A DNA stretch of 64,000 bases from Eubacteriales bacterium (GCA_045652445.1 JAZRUJ010000028.1:3478-67477), one strand, 5' to 3'; shown: positions 38,991 to 47,892, counted from the stretch's first letter. The notes: generated by a model not told the origin, from the sequence alone. A program made the numbers and translations.

Positions 38991-40398
38991 TCTTTTTCGC
39001 AACGGGTAGTATAATCTCAAATACCGCCCCGGTTTCTCCACTCTTTCCGGAACGATTATAGGCACGAACGACTCCATCGTGTGCAACAACGATTGCATTG
39101 ACGATGGAAAGTCCTAATCCGTATTTTCCTTGTCGCCCTTTGAAAAACCGATCAAAAATATGGTCAACTTCATCTGCCGGAATCCCCGGACCGTCGTCCC
39201 GAACGGTAATAACCGCATTTCCGTCCCGCAGAACAGCGGAAAGTTCAATTTCTGCAGAGGCAAAACGAAATGCATTAGATAGCAAATTCGTAATAGCCGT
39301 TACCATGGTTTCCGAATCGACACAAACCGAAAGATCCGCAATTTTTCCATACACCAAACGAACGCCGTCTAATCCCGTAAAGCCGGAAACACGGGAGACC
39401 GCCTCATTTAAAAGATCGGAAACTGCAACGGAAGATTTCACCAAAACTTCGTCTGCCGTTTCAATTTTGGAAAGATAAATTAACTCCCCAGTCAATTTTT
39501 CCAAACGATCAACCTGTTCCAACACGTTGTCGCTAACCTGGTCTACGTTAGTAAAAACACCGTCTTTCATGCCTTCTACATATCCGCGTATTGACATTAA
39601 CGGGGTTCGCAGTTCGTGAGATGCGTTTTGCAAAAATTTCTTCTGTCGAGCATCATACTCACTAAGAGACTGTGCCATCTGATCAATGGATCGTGCCAAA
39701 TCGCCCACTTCGTCTTTCGTTGCGATTATAGGAACTTCCGCATCAAATTGACGGTTTGCCACAAGATCGGCACGGACTTTCAATCGGCGGAGATTTTTGG
39801 TAAGCCCGGTACTAAACAACAAGGCAATTGCAATACCGAAAACCGAAGCTACGACAAGGGAAAACAGATAGAGAGTTAACAGAGAATCCTGTATTTCATA
39901 GGATGTGGGAGCTGTAAACAAAATTACATACCCCAAAACCTGCTCCGTAGTGGCATTGTAGACCTGTTGTATGGCGACGGCATAGATTGTATCCCCATAA
40001 CGAATCACACGAGATCCCAAACTGCGGTCGTACCGGGCAAGGTAATCTACGAATCGCTCAGGTGAGGTGCTTAAATGGTCTACGTTCATGCCGGTATTTG
40101 CAATATAACGAAATTCCGTATCGGCAAGCACCAGAGAGGTGGAGGAATCCATGTTTCGACGGAAAATTTCCTGTAAATCCGTAATTTTGGTATCCGCTGT
40201 CCAATCCGGAATACGAGAAGCATCTTCCGCAAAGGCTACACCATTTTCCGACAAGGTTTGTCTGGCTTGCAAGATTACATAACTGTTCGCAAAAATGTGT
40301 ACAAACGCCAGGGAAATAATACCGATAATGGAAATGAGCATAATATAAGACAGAATCAGCTTGAAATTAAGGCTGTTTCGAATGTCCTTCTTTTCCAT
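38986..40398 (-). CDS. Sensor histidine kinase (2 TM, extracytoplasmic domain, HAMP, HisKA, HATPase_c)
   Basis: H-box ASHELRTPLMSI, N-box LLSNAFRF, and G-boxes DDGPGI and GLGLSIV. Confidence 0.85.
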   Translation of the reverse strand: MEKKDIRNSLNFKLILSYIMLISIIGIISLAFVHIFANSYVILQARQTLSENGVAFAEDASRIPDWTADTKITDLQEIFRRNMDSSTSLVLADTEFRYIANTGMNVDHLSTSPERFVDYLARYDRSLGSRVIRYGDTIYAVAIQQVYNATTEQVLGYVILFTAPTSYEIQDSLLTLYLFSLVVASVFGIAIALLFSTGLTKNLRRLKVRADLVANRQFDAEVPIIATKDEVGDLARSIDQMAQSLSEYDARQKKFLQNASHELRTPLMSIRGYVEGMKDGVFTNVDQVSDNVLEQVDRLEKLTGELIYLSKIETADEVLVKSSVAVSDLLNEAVSRVSGFTGLDGVRLVYGKIADLSVCVDSETMVTAITNLLSNAFRFASAEIELSAVLRDGNAVITVRDDGPGIPADEVDHIFDRFFKGRQGKYGLGLSIVNAIVVAHDGVVRAYNRSGKSGETGAVFEIILPVAKKK

Positions 40399-40400
40399 AT

Positions 40401-41105
40401 TTACTCCGCACCGTCGGTTACTTTATAACCGTAGCCCCAAACCGTATCGATTTCAAAGGAAGTTTGGGCAGCATCCAATTTCTTTCGGATACGCTTAACC
40501 AAATCGTCTACGGCTCTTGTATCACCAATATATTGATAATCCCAAATACTCGTCAGCAATTGGTTTCGGGTAAAAACCCGGTTCTTATTGGTTATCATGT
40601 ACAGAAGAAAATCATACTCCATAGCAGTAAACGCCAAATCCGTCTCATTTTCCCCTTCTACTTTGACAACGCGACGCTGGGTGGGATAAATCTTCAGATC
40701 CCGGCAACGAGGTTCTGCCACGGTCCTTTCGTCATTCATGCCGTCCACCCGACGAAAGACCGCCTTGACGCGGGCAACCAATTCCCGGGGAGAAAAGGGC
40801 TTCATCATATAATGATCCGCACCCATTTCGATTCCCAAAATCCGATCCAGCTCTTCGTCCCGGGCAGAAACGATAATAATGGGCGTGTTATCAATCTTGC
40901 GGATTTCGTTGCACAGTTCAAACCCGGACATCCCCGGCATCATAATATCCACGATCAGCATGTCGGGCTTATAGCGGGAAAACGCCTCCAAAGCCGGCTC
41001 TGCAGAATCAAATTCCATAACGGAAAAAGATTCTTTTTCCAAATAAGAACGAATGATCTGCCGAATATTTTTTTCGTCGTCAATCACAAAAATTAATTTT
41101 GCCAT
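40401..41105 (-). CDS. OmpR-family response regulator
   Basis: Receiver domain (IFVIDDE ... DMLIVDIMMPGMSG) plus a winged-helix output domain (VWGYGYKV). The start at MAKLIF follows GGAGAGGG. Confidence 0.9.
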   Translation of the reverse strand: MAKLIFVIDDEKNIRQIIRSYLEKESFSVMEFDSAEPALEAFSRYKPDMLIVDIMMPGMSGFELCNEIRKIDNTPIIIVSARDEELDRILGIEMGADHYMMKPFSPRELVARVKAVFRRVDGMNDERTVAEPRCRDLKIYPTQRRVVKVEGENETDLAFTAMEYDFLLYMITNKNRVFTRNQLLTSIWDYQYIGDTRAVDDLVKRIRKKLDAAQTSFEIDTVWGYGYKVTDGAE

Positions 41106-41252
41106 AAAGACCACCCTCTCCGCCCACAGGCAGTTTTTTATCTTAATAATACCATTATAAAATAATTTATCATATATCTTATTAAGATTTTGTGTCTTTT
41201 TTTAGTATTTATTAAAACAATGAAGATTTTCAAAAAAGGGAGGAGGGGAAGA

Positions 41253-41324
41253 ATGTCCAAAAGCAGTAAAGGACACGCTTCCCCTCAGGCATGGAAAAAC
41301 TGTTGTATAAAGAATAGGAATTAA
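41253..41324 (+). CDS. Candidate 23-aa micro-ORF (MSKSSKGHASPQAWKNCCIKNRN)
   Basis: The ATG is preceded by an unusually strong SD (AAAGGGAGGAGGGG) at about 7-nt spacing. It lies in the gap between the response regulator gene and the Cys-rich gene. There is no homology support. Confidence 0.25.
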   Translation: MSKSSKGHASPQAWKNCCIKNRN

Positions 41325-41376
41325 GCAAGTTTCATCCGGTTCTTCCCTGTTTACAAAACCATTATACAACACAAAT

Positions 41377-41456
41377 TCCGAAAAAATAAGATCGGTTTGT
41401 GGCAGGTTTTCGGAAAAAAAGGAACAAAAAAAGACCGAATCTTTCGACTCGGTCTT
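41377..41456 (-). terminator. Tandem terminator hairpins downstream of the Cys/Asp-rich gene
   Basis: Hairpin 1 (41431-41456) is AAGACCGA...TCGGTCTT with T7 on the minus strand. Hairpin 2 (41377-41415) is TTCCGAAAA / TTTTCGGAA (9 bp) followed by TTTGTGTT on the minus strand. Hairpin 1 also has a T-rich tract on the plus strand, so it may act in both directions. Confidence 0.65.
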
Positions 41457-41469
41457 TATTTACGTGAAA

Positions 41470-41703
41470 TTATTCGGCGTCAGCAGATTCGTCGCAACAA
41501 CCATCGCAACCGTCTACGACTTCAAAATAGCCGCATTCATCGTCATCACAATCGCAATCACAGCAATCACAGTCACAACCGTCGCCGCAACCGATCAGCA
41601 TGCGAAGCTTATCCCGGAAGATGTAGCACAGAAGAGCTACAACCCCTACAAATGCGATGACCCCCAAAATAATACCGAGAACGGTTCCCGATTTCTTACT
41701 CAT
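41470..41703 (-). CDS. Small single-pass membrane protein with Cys/Asp-rich acidic tail (metallothionein-like; FeoB-associated Cys-rich-like)
   Basis: MSKKSGTVLGIILGVIAFVGVVALLCYIF (TM segment), then ...GCGDGCDCDCCDCDCDDDECGYFEVVDGCDGCCDESADAE. The gene has its own consensus promoter, an RBS (AGGAAAGG) and terminators. Confidence 0.6.
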   Translation of the reverse strand: MSKKSGTVLGIILGVIAFVGVVALLCYIFRDKLRMLIGCGDGCDCDCCDCDCDDDECGYFEVVDGCDGCCDESADAE

Positions 41704-41752
41704 AAAACACACGCCTTTCCTAAAAAAATCAATGTTTGTTTTGCTTAATCTT

Positions 41753-41781
41753 ATTATAACTTATCTTTTTTGTTTTGTCAA
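41753..41781 (-). promoter_or_regulatory. Perfect consensus sigma-A promoter of the Cys/Asp-rich gene
   Basis: On the minus strand: TTGACA, 17-nt spacer, TATAAT. Confidence 0.7.
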
Positions 41782-41805
41782 CAGTTTGCCCGGATTTTTC
41801 ATAAT

Positions 41806-42813
41806 TTATTCCGCATTTCCCCCGACAGAAACTTGGTAAATGGATTCTGCATTCCGAGAAAACTCCCGAAGCCGATCCACCATCTGTTCCGGATATAAAA
41901 GTCGAATTTCTTCACAATGAATCAAAAGCCAACCAAAGAGAGACTCATCTGCAGGAATATCACAGGTTAGAAGATAAGAACCGTCGGCAGCAGATTCTAC
42001 CGTAGAATCAGGAGGAAAACGATGCTCTGCCGCGGCAAGAAAATCTTCAGAAACCCAGAAAATCATGCGAAGAGAATCTTCCAGAGAAGAAAAGTACCCC
42101 TTAATATATTGATTCAAATCAAAGTCAAGGTCTCCCCCGACTTCCCGCAAGTCCGTTGCCCGAAGCGTCGCTTGTACAACTTCTTCCATTCGGTCTGCTC
42201 GATAGAAAGCGAGTGTTCCTTCTTCATCGGCACCCACCAAATAGTATCCGTCCTGCCAAACCATACGATAAGGAGACACCGTTTGATGCCGCGAGGTCTT
42301 TTTTCGGGATCCGTCCGACAAGACAGAACCTTTATATAAAAATCGGACTTTACAGCCGTTGGAGATCGCGTCAAACAAGGTTTCTACGTTGGAATAGACC
42401 CGCTCGGTAACAGAACTGTCGGGAATGACCGATATGAGATCTTGAAAAACACCCTGAGAAAAGCCGTCGGACGCAAGAATGCGTAATTTTCGTTCCAATT
42501 CCGGCTTCCGTTTCCGGGGAATGACGGGAGCAATTCGAATCAGGTTGGACAAAAGGCGAAAATCGTTACGAGTAAAGGGGCTTCCTGCCCAATAATACCG
42601 GGTATCTTTCGATCGAACCGTTCCTACGGTAAATCCGGCATCATTAAGGGCATGGAGATCCCGATAAAGGGATTTTCGCTCACATTCAACCCCCACCCTT
42701 TTCAACTGTGCTTCTAATTCAAAAAGAGTCATAGGGTGTTCCCGATCGGTCTGCTCACACAAAATACGTAAAAGGTGTAAAATCTTTTGCTTTTGTCGGG
42801 GCGTTCCCGCCAT
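41806..42813 (-). CDS. WYL-domain transcriptional regulator (HTH-WYL-WCX architecture)
   Basis: N-terminal wHTH (QKQKILHLLRILCEQTDREHPMTLFELEAQL) and a WYL core (VSPYRMVWQDGYYLVGADEEGTLAFYRADRM). I set the start at MAGTPRQ (42813). Confidence 0.8.
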   Translation of the reverse strand: MAGTPRQKQKILHLLRILCEQTDREHPMTLFELEAQLKRVGVECERKSLYRDLHALNDAGFTVGTVRSKDTRYYWAGSPFTRNDFRLLSNLIRIAPVIPRKRKPELERKLRILASDGFSQGVFQDLISVIPDSSVTERVYSNVETLFDAISNGCKVRFLYKGSVLSDGSRKKTSRHQTVSPYRMVWQDGYYLVGADEEGTLAFYRADRMEEVVQATLRATDLREVGGDLDFDLNQYIKGYFSSLEDSLRMIFWVSEDFLAAAEHRFPPDSTVESAADGSYLLTCDIPADESLFGWLLIHCEEIRLLYPEQMVDRLREFSRNAESIYQVSVGGNAE

Positions 42814-42887
42814 CAAAGTCACCTTCTTTATACATATTGCACAAATCAACAGAGGTTCGGTTGTATATATTCAACAACTATTACCTC

Positions 42888-42915
42888 TTGATTTTTTTGG
42901 AAAATGTGGTATAAT
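42888..42915 (+). promoter_or_regulatory. Orphan strong sigma-A promoter with extended -10, on the strand opposite to both flanking genes
   Basis: TTGATT, 16-nt spacer, TG-g-TATAAT. Confidence 0.55.
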
Positions 42916-42921
42916 AAGTTA

Positions 42922-43030
42922 TGTGATCGGGAACAAGTTTTCCTCTTCACATTTTAAGGCTTATTCGTTCCATAACATATACCCCCTCTTTTTTGACCGA
43001 GAGTTTTTTTAAACTCCCGGTTTTTTTTAT
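42922..43030 (+). ncRNA. Candidate small RNA of about 110 nt, defined by the orphan promoter and a plus-strand terminator
   Basis: The promoter lies at 42888-42915. The terminator stem is GACCGAGAG (42995-43003) / CTCCCGGTT (43014-43022) followed by T8. The interval contains no ORF beyond ATG-TGA. Confidence 0.3.
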
Positions 43031-43054
43031 CCAATTTTGGAAGAGAGGGGATTT

Positions 43055-44350
43055 TTATTGCCCGGACACGGTAATTCCTTTTATTTTCACCCAAGGAAGA
43101 CAAGATGCACCATCGCAAATCCGTTCTTTGGAAAGTGCTACAATATCGAGCATCATCTTGGCGAGATTCCCGGAAATCATCACTTCACTAACCGCATCAC
43201 AAATCTCCCCGTTACGAATTTCAAAACTGTTTTTTGCAACCCCGGACATGGTTCCATCAGAAGAAGGAGATCCGCCGGAGAAGCGACCTACAATCAGACC
43301 ATGTTCCACCGAAGAAACCATTTCGTTTAGGGTTTGATCCCCGGCGTCAACGAAATAGCATCCGCCTCCGGAAACGTTCCGTTTCAGCCCGGTTTTTTTG
43401 GCGGCATAACGTCCCAGCATAAAATCTTTCAGAATGCCGTGTTTAATAATTTCCGAATTCTGAACCACGTACCCATCGGAAACAAAATAACCGCCTGCCA
43501 GATCCTTATTCCGAGGTTGACAAGACCAATTCAGGCAGGACGCAGCCACTTGTTTATCCAGATTGTCTTTCCAAAGACTGGTTCCGTCAATGAGTACTTC
43601 CCCGGAAAGAAAATTTCCCGCAACGGAACCTAAAATATCCCCGAAACACGAAGGGGTAAAAATAACGTCACCAACAAATTTTCCGCGAAAAGGTACGGGA
43701 GTAATTTGCTTCAAACTGTCTTCGATAATCGTTCGTCCTCCCGCAAGATCAATAAGAGGAGTATCGGGGCTGTCAAACATGGCACCAAAGTAGTTAAAGG
43801 AAGAGGTATTTTCCCCGTCTGTACACATAAACATGGGGGAAAAACTATATGCCCCCTGTTTTGTCGACAGGCAAATGCCACCGGTTGTACTGTAACAAGA
43901 TTCACTCAACACGTGATCGATGGAAGCACTGTCTACCGAAACTTGGGGATATTTTTCTTTTAATTCATCAAAAAACTCCGTGATCCGTTGTAACATCATT
44001 TCCGGATTGGGGGTCATAGGACCTTTTTCAAAGGATTCCACGACGATTTCTTCGGGAAGCCCTTCGGCGGGATCGTCCCGAGAAATCAGGGCGGCATTAA
44101 CAGCTTCCTTTGCAGCATTTTTCAAGTCTTCTTCTTCAAAAGAGTTGACAGATGCAATCCCTTTTTTGCTTCCAACCAAAGCTTTCAGAGAGATCGAAAC
44201 GTTCCGAACAGTCCGCAGAAGCCCCAATTTTCCCGATTCATAATAGAACTCGGTCTTTGTCCCTACGGAAGCGGAGCAAATACCGTCGGTAGCACCGGCG
44301 GCAACCATATATTCCAAGCACTTTCGAGCGATGGATTCATTGGTATTCAT
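43055..44350 (-). CDS. pmbA: TldE/PmbA-family metalloprotease subunit
   Basis: 431 aa PmbA_TldD-fold protein that lacks HExxxH. It starts 1 nt after the tldD stop. Confidence 0.85.
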   Translation of the reverse strand: MNTNESIARKCLEYMVAAGATDGICSASVGTKTEFYYESGKLGLLRTVRNVSISLKALVGSKKGIASVNSFEEEDLKNAAKEAVNAALISRDDPAEGLPEEIVVESFEKGPMTPNPEMMLQRITEFFDELKEKYPQVSVDSASIDHVLSESCYSTTGGICLSTKQGAYSFSPMFMCTDGENTSSFNYFGAMFDSPDTPLIDLAGGRTIIEDSLKQITPVPFRGKFVGDVIFTPSCFGDILGSVAGNFLSGEVLIDGTSLWKDNLDKQVAASCLNWSCQPRNKDLAGGYFVSDGYVVQNSEIIKHGILKDFMLGRYAAKKTGLKRNVSGGGCYFVDAGDQTLNEMVSSVEHGLIVGRFSGGSPSSDGTMSGVAKNSFEIRNGEICDAVSEVMISGNLAKMMLDIVALSKERICDGASCLPWVKIKGITVSGQ

Positions 44351-44351
44351 A

Positions 44352-45725
44352 TTAGTTTCCCCCTACGTTCATTTCACATTTGACGTGAGGACCGCCCATT
44401 CCCACAGGGAATGGCTGTTTTTTTCCGCACATCCCGGAATTGAGCCAAACCATTTCATCGGAAATCATATCTACTGTTTTCAAAACGTCAAAGGCCACGC
44501 CGGAAACGGTGGTGTCTCGAATGGCTCTTCCGAGTTTTCCGTTCTTGATTTCGTATCCCATGGTCACACCGAACATAAACTCACCGGTGGAGTCCGCTTG
44601 TCCGTTGCCGGTTGCAGTAAAATAATATCCGTCGTCGATAGAAGAAATCATTTCATCCAGGGTGTTATTCCCCGGAAGAATGGCAGTATTTCGCATCCGA
44701 ATCAACGGTTCGTCGGCAAAGGAAAACGCCAGTGCATTTCCGGTAGCAACATCTCCGTACCGGGCGGCAGTGGCACGGTTGTGCATCCAGCCGGTTAACA
44801 TGCCGTTTTCAATTAAAACCGCGTCTTTGGCAAGGGTTCCTTCATCATCCACATAAATAGGGGTAGGCAAAACCAATCCGTTATAAGTGTTCGCAAAGTC
44901 CGTCAACGTAACAATCGGTGAAGCGACTTCTTTTCCCCGACAAGGGCCCGCAACCGAACCGCTAATTACAAAATCCGCTTCCGCCGTATGCCCCACCGCT
45001 TCGTGAGCAAGAATTCCTGACAATTCTGGAGAAATCACGCAGGTCTTTCGCCCAGCTTGGGCAAAAATCCCGTCTCTTTTTTGCATCAACTCATCCACCA
45101 ATGCATCTAATTTCCCATGCAAATCGACAGGTCTAGAAAAATGATCTGCAAACAATCCGGAACCACCAAAAATGCCGTATCGTTCTACCGGAGATCCGTC
45201 GGATGTCAACGCAGTCAGGGAAACAATTATATTACTGCGAGGCAAAAAGGAATAAGAATAGACCCCGTCGCCGGTTTTCAATTCTTTTTCCAAAGAAAGA
45301 CAAGAACAAATGACTCGACGGGAAACCAGATTTTGATTTTTCTTTAAATAATCATCGATTTCCCCAAGAAAATCCAAAATTTCCTTTTGAGAAACCGTAT
45401 CTTCCCTCCACACACCTTCATAGCAAGCTGTCTGTCGAACAGGAAGACTGATCTCGTCGGAAGGGAGGCGATCGGCAAGAAACGTGGCATTATCGGATGC
45501 TTGTTTTAAAACTCTCTCCGCAGACGAAAGATCTAATTCCGGAGCCGAAGCAAATCCGCAACGGCCGGCTCGAAGAACTCGGGCATTAATTCCGCGTTGT
45601 TGCCCATTGGAATTTCCCATTACGTCACCGTTTAAAAGAGAAACTCGACGCTCCCGATTGCATTGACGACGAACTTCTACTTCTGCAGAAAATCCCGACA
45701 AAGATTTAAAAGAATCTTTAAACAT
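44352..45725 (-). CDS. tldD: TldD-family zinc metalloprotease
   Basis: 457 aa with the HExxxH motif (LAHEAVGHTAEAD) and the C-terminal GxC...beta-barrel region typical of TldD. Confidence 0.9.
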   Translation of the reverse strand: MFKDSFKSLSGFSAEVEVRRQCNRERRVSLLNGDVMGNSNGQQRGINARVLRAGRCGFASAPELDLSSAERVLKQASDNATFLADRLPSDEISLPVRQTACYEGVWREDTVSQKEILDFLGEIDDYLKKNQNLVSRRVICSCLSLEKELKTGDGVYSYSFLPRSNIIVSLTALTSDGSPVERYGIFGGSGLFADHFSRPVDLHGKLDALVDELMQKRDGIFAQAGRKTCVISPELSGILAHEAVGHTAEADFVISGSVAGPCRGKEVASPIVTLTDFANTYNGLVLPTPIYVDDEGTLAKDAVLIENGMLTGWMHNRATAARYGDVATGNALAFSFADEPLIRMRNTAILPGNNTLDEMISSIDDGYYFTATGNGQADSTGEFMFGVTMGYEIKNGKLGRAIRDTTVSGVAFDVLKTVDMISDEMVWLNSGMCGKKQPFPVGMGGPHVKCEMNVGGN

Positions 45726-45739
45726 AATTGTACCTCATT

Positions 45740-46333
45740 TCATAACTTCCCTTTGAGCCAAGGAGAAAGTCTCTTATAAATCAACATGGTAATTCCTGTC
45801 GCCACAACACCTTTGACTAACGTTAAGGGCAGATTGAAAATCAGCAATGCTTCCCACAACGTATCCGCGGAAGGAAGAATTACCGTATACATTCCCACGA
45901 TTGCCCCCATGGGAATTCCCAAAGCGGCAGAAAATAGAGGATAACCAACAAAATAGTTGTAAATTACACTGACAATTCCAGAAGACACCGTTCCGGCAAC
46001 CGAGCCGAGCAACGCAGTTTTGCGGTTTTTGTTCCGATGATAGATCAATCCGGCGGGAATCACAAACAACGCCCCGATGACGAAGTTATTCAGTTCCCCT
46101 ACACCGGCAGTACTGGTAGAAAATAAGTGTAAAAGATTTTTCAACAAACAAACCAACGCCCCATGCCATGGAGAGACGGCAAAAGAAACAATTAAAGCGG
46201 GAAAGTCAGAAAAATCAAATTTTAAAAATGCGGGAAGAATCGGAAGACCGATTTGTATGTACATCAACACGGCAGAAACGCCCGAAAACACGGCGGTCAC
46301 AACCAAATTGCGAAGAGATTTTTTTTGCTTCAT
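45740..46333 (-). CDS. ECF-transporter substrate-specific (S) component, RibU-like
   Basis: About 197 aa with 5-6 TM segments and the motif PAFLKFDFSDFPALIVSF, recalled from RibU-type S components. The start at MKQKKS follows GAGAGG. I see no FMN riboswitch upstream. Confidence 0.6.
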   Translation of the reverse strand: MKQKKSLRNLVVTAVFSGVSAVLMYIQIGLPILPAFLKFDFSDFPALIVSFAVSPWHGALVCLLKNLLHLFSTSTAGVGELNNFVIGALFVIPAGLIYHRNKNRKTALLGSVAGTVSSGIVSVIYNYFVGYPLFSAALGIPMGAIVGMYTVILPSADTLWEALLIFNLPLTLVKGVVATGITMLIYKRLSPWLKGKL

Positions 46334-46380
46334 GATGAACCTCTCTTTCAGTTTCTCCACAAAAAAAATGTATATACCAT

Positions 46381-46409
46381 ATTATACTATAAAGTGGGGA
46401 TAAAATCAA
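46381..46409 (-). promoter_or_regulatory. Sigma-A promoter of the ECF-S/tldD/pmbA operon
   Basis: On the minus strand: TTGATT, 17-nt spacer, TATAAT. The leader is about 40 nt. Confidence 0.65.
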
Positions 46410-46520
46410 GAGAGCAAGGCAAATTTCTTAAAAATTTCACGGAAAAACAAAAAGGTTGAAAGTACAATTTAAAAAATTAAAAAAAATGATAATTCATACA
46501 AAAAAAATTAAAAACAACTC

Positions 46521-46549
46521 TTGACAAAAACCGAAAAAAGTTATATAAT
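46521..46549 (+). promoter_or_regulatory. Consensus sigma-A promoter of the CofE-like / GMPS-like pair
   Basis: TTGACA, 17-nt spacer, TATAAT. It is followed by a leader of about 105 nt containing the hairpin CACATTCT...AGAATGTG. Confidence 0.7.
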
Positions 46550-46661
46550 ATACTGTGTATTTCTTTGCACATTCTCTGTATGGTTTGAAAGAATGTGGGA
46601 AATAATCTTTATGCGTATCACCTTGTTTAATTTTCGATACAAGAAGGATGGGAAAAAATTT

Positions 46662-47864
46662 ATGAACAACAAAGAACGCAGAGTCGGAACCGTTTCCAGA
46701 GGCATCCGTTGCCCCATTATCCGGGAAGGTGACGATCTTGCCTCTCTCGTAACGGATAGCGTTTTGGAAGCCGCAGAAATCGAAGGATTCGAATTGCGAG
46801 ACAGAGACGTTATTGCTATGACCGAATCTATCGTTGCACGGGCACAGGGAAACTATGCAAGTGTAGACGATATTGCAGCTGATGTAAAAGCAAAATTGGG
46901 CGGGGAAACTGTTGGGGTCATCTTCCCCATTCTTTCCCGGAACCGGTTTGCCATCTGTCTGCGTGGGATCGCAAAGGGCGTTAAGAAAGTCGTTCTTATG
47001 CTCAGCTATCCCTCTGATGAAGTAGGAAATGAACTGGTCAGTTTGGACAAGATTGATGAAGCGGGTATTAACCCCTACAGCGACGTTCTCACCGAAGCTC
47101 AATATCGGGAACTGTTCGGCGAAAACAAACACGAATTTACCGGCGTAGACTACGTTCAGTACTACGGTGATTTGATTCGCGAAATGGGTGCGGAAGCTGA
47201 AATTATTTTTGCAAACCAAGCAAAAACCATCCTTAAATACACCGATTGCGTCCTGAACTGTGATATTCACACTCGTGCCCGCACCAAACGTATTCTGCTT
47301 GCCAATGGTGCAAAGGTTGTTTGCGGATTGGACGACATTTTGAACAAGCCTGTGAACGGAAGCGGATGCAACGAACGATACGGTCTTCTCGGCTCGAACA
47401 AGTCTACAGAAGATAAGATCAAACTGTTCCCCCGGGAATGCAAGGATTTGGTTTTGGATATTCAGGATCGTGTACAAAAAGCCACCGGAAAACACGTGGA
47501 AGTTATGGTCTACGGCGACGGTGCATTTAAAGATCCTCAAGGTAAAATTTGGGAATTGGCAGATCCCGTGGTCTCCCCTGCCTTTACCGACGGTTTGATT
47601 GGGACTCCCAACGAACTGAAGCTGAAATATCTTGCCGACAATGATTATAAGGATCTCTCCGGTGAAGAATTGAAAAAAGCCATTTCCGAAAGCATCAAGG
47701 CCAAAGACGGCAGCAGTTTGGTGGGCAACATGGCAGCACAAGGAACCACCCCCCGTCAACTGACTGACCTGATCGGTTCTCTCTGCGACCTGACCAGCGG
47801 TTCCGGAGACAAAGGGACTCCCGTTATTTTGGTTCAGGGTTATTTTGACAACTACACCAACTGA
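46662..47864 (+). CDS. CofE-like (F420-0:gamma-glutamyl ligase family) protein, about 400 aa with an insertion
   Basis: N-terminus VSRGIRCPIIREGDDLASLV...DRDVIAMTESIVARAQG and C-terminus GLLGSN...VMVYGDGAFKDP...GTPVILVQG follow the CofE fold pattern. The ATG at 46662 was chosen. The upstream part of the track ORF is promoter and leader. Confidence 0.6.
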   Translation: MNNKERRVGTVSRGIRCPIIREGDDLASLVTDSVLEAAEIEGFELRDRDVIAMTESIVARAQGNYASVDDIAADVKAKLGGETVGVIFPILSRNRFAICLRGIAKGVKKVVLMLSYPSDEVGNELVSLDKIDEAGINPYSDVLTEAQYRELFGENKHEFTGVDYVQYYGDLIREMGAEAEIIFANQAKTILKYTDCVLNCDIHTRARTKRILLANGAKVVCGLDDILNKPVNGSGCNERYGLLGSNKSTEDKIKLFPRECKDLVLDIQDRVQKATGKHVEVMVYGDGAFKDPQGKIWELADPVVSPAFTDGLIGTPNELKLKYLADNDYKDLSGEELKKAISESIKAKDGSSLVGNMAAQGTTPRQLTDLIGSLCDLTSGSGDKGTPVILVQGYFDNYTN

Positions 47865-47892
47865 TTGATTCGCACATAGGAAGGATAAAAAT

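Noticed and set aside
41397-41748. Plus-strand ORFs encoding His/Arg/Asn-rich or Thr/Ile/Ala-rich repeats (87 aa and 94 aa)
   Set aside because: They are mirror-frame readings of the repetitive TGC/GAC codons of the minus-strand Cys/Asp-rich gene. That gene alone has a consensus promoter, RBS and terminators.
46334-46420. FMN riboswitch upstream of the RibU-like S component
   Set aside because: The leader is only about 40 nt between a consensus promoter and the RBS. It is AT-rich and has no room for an FMN aptamer.
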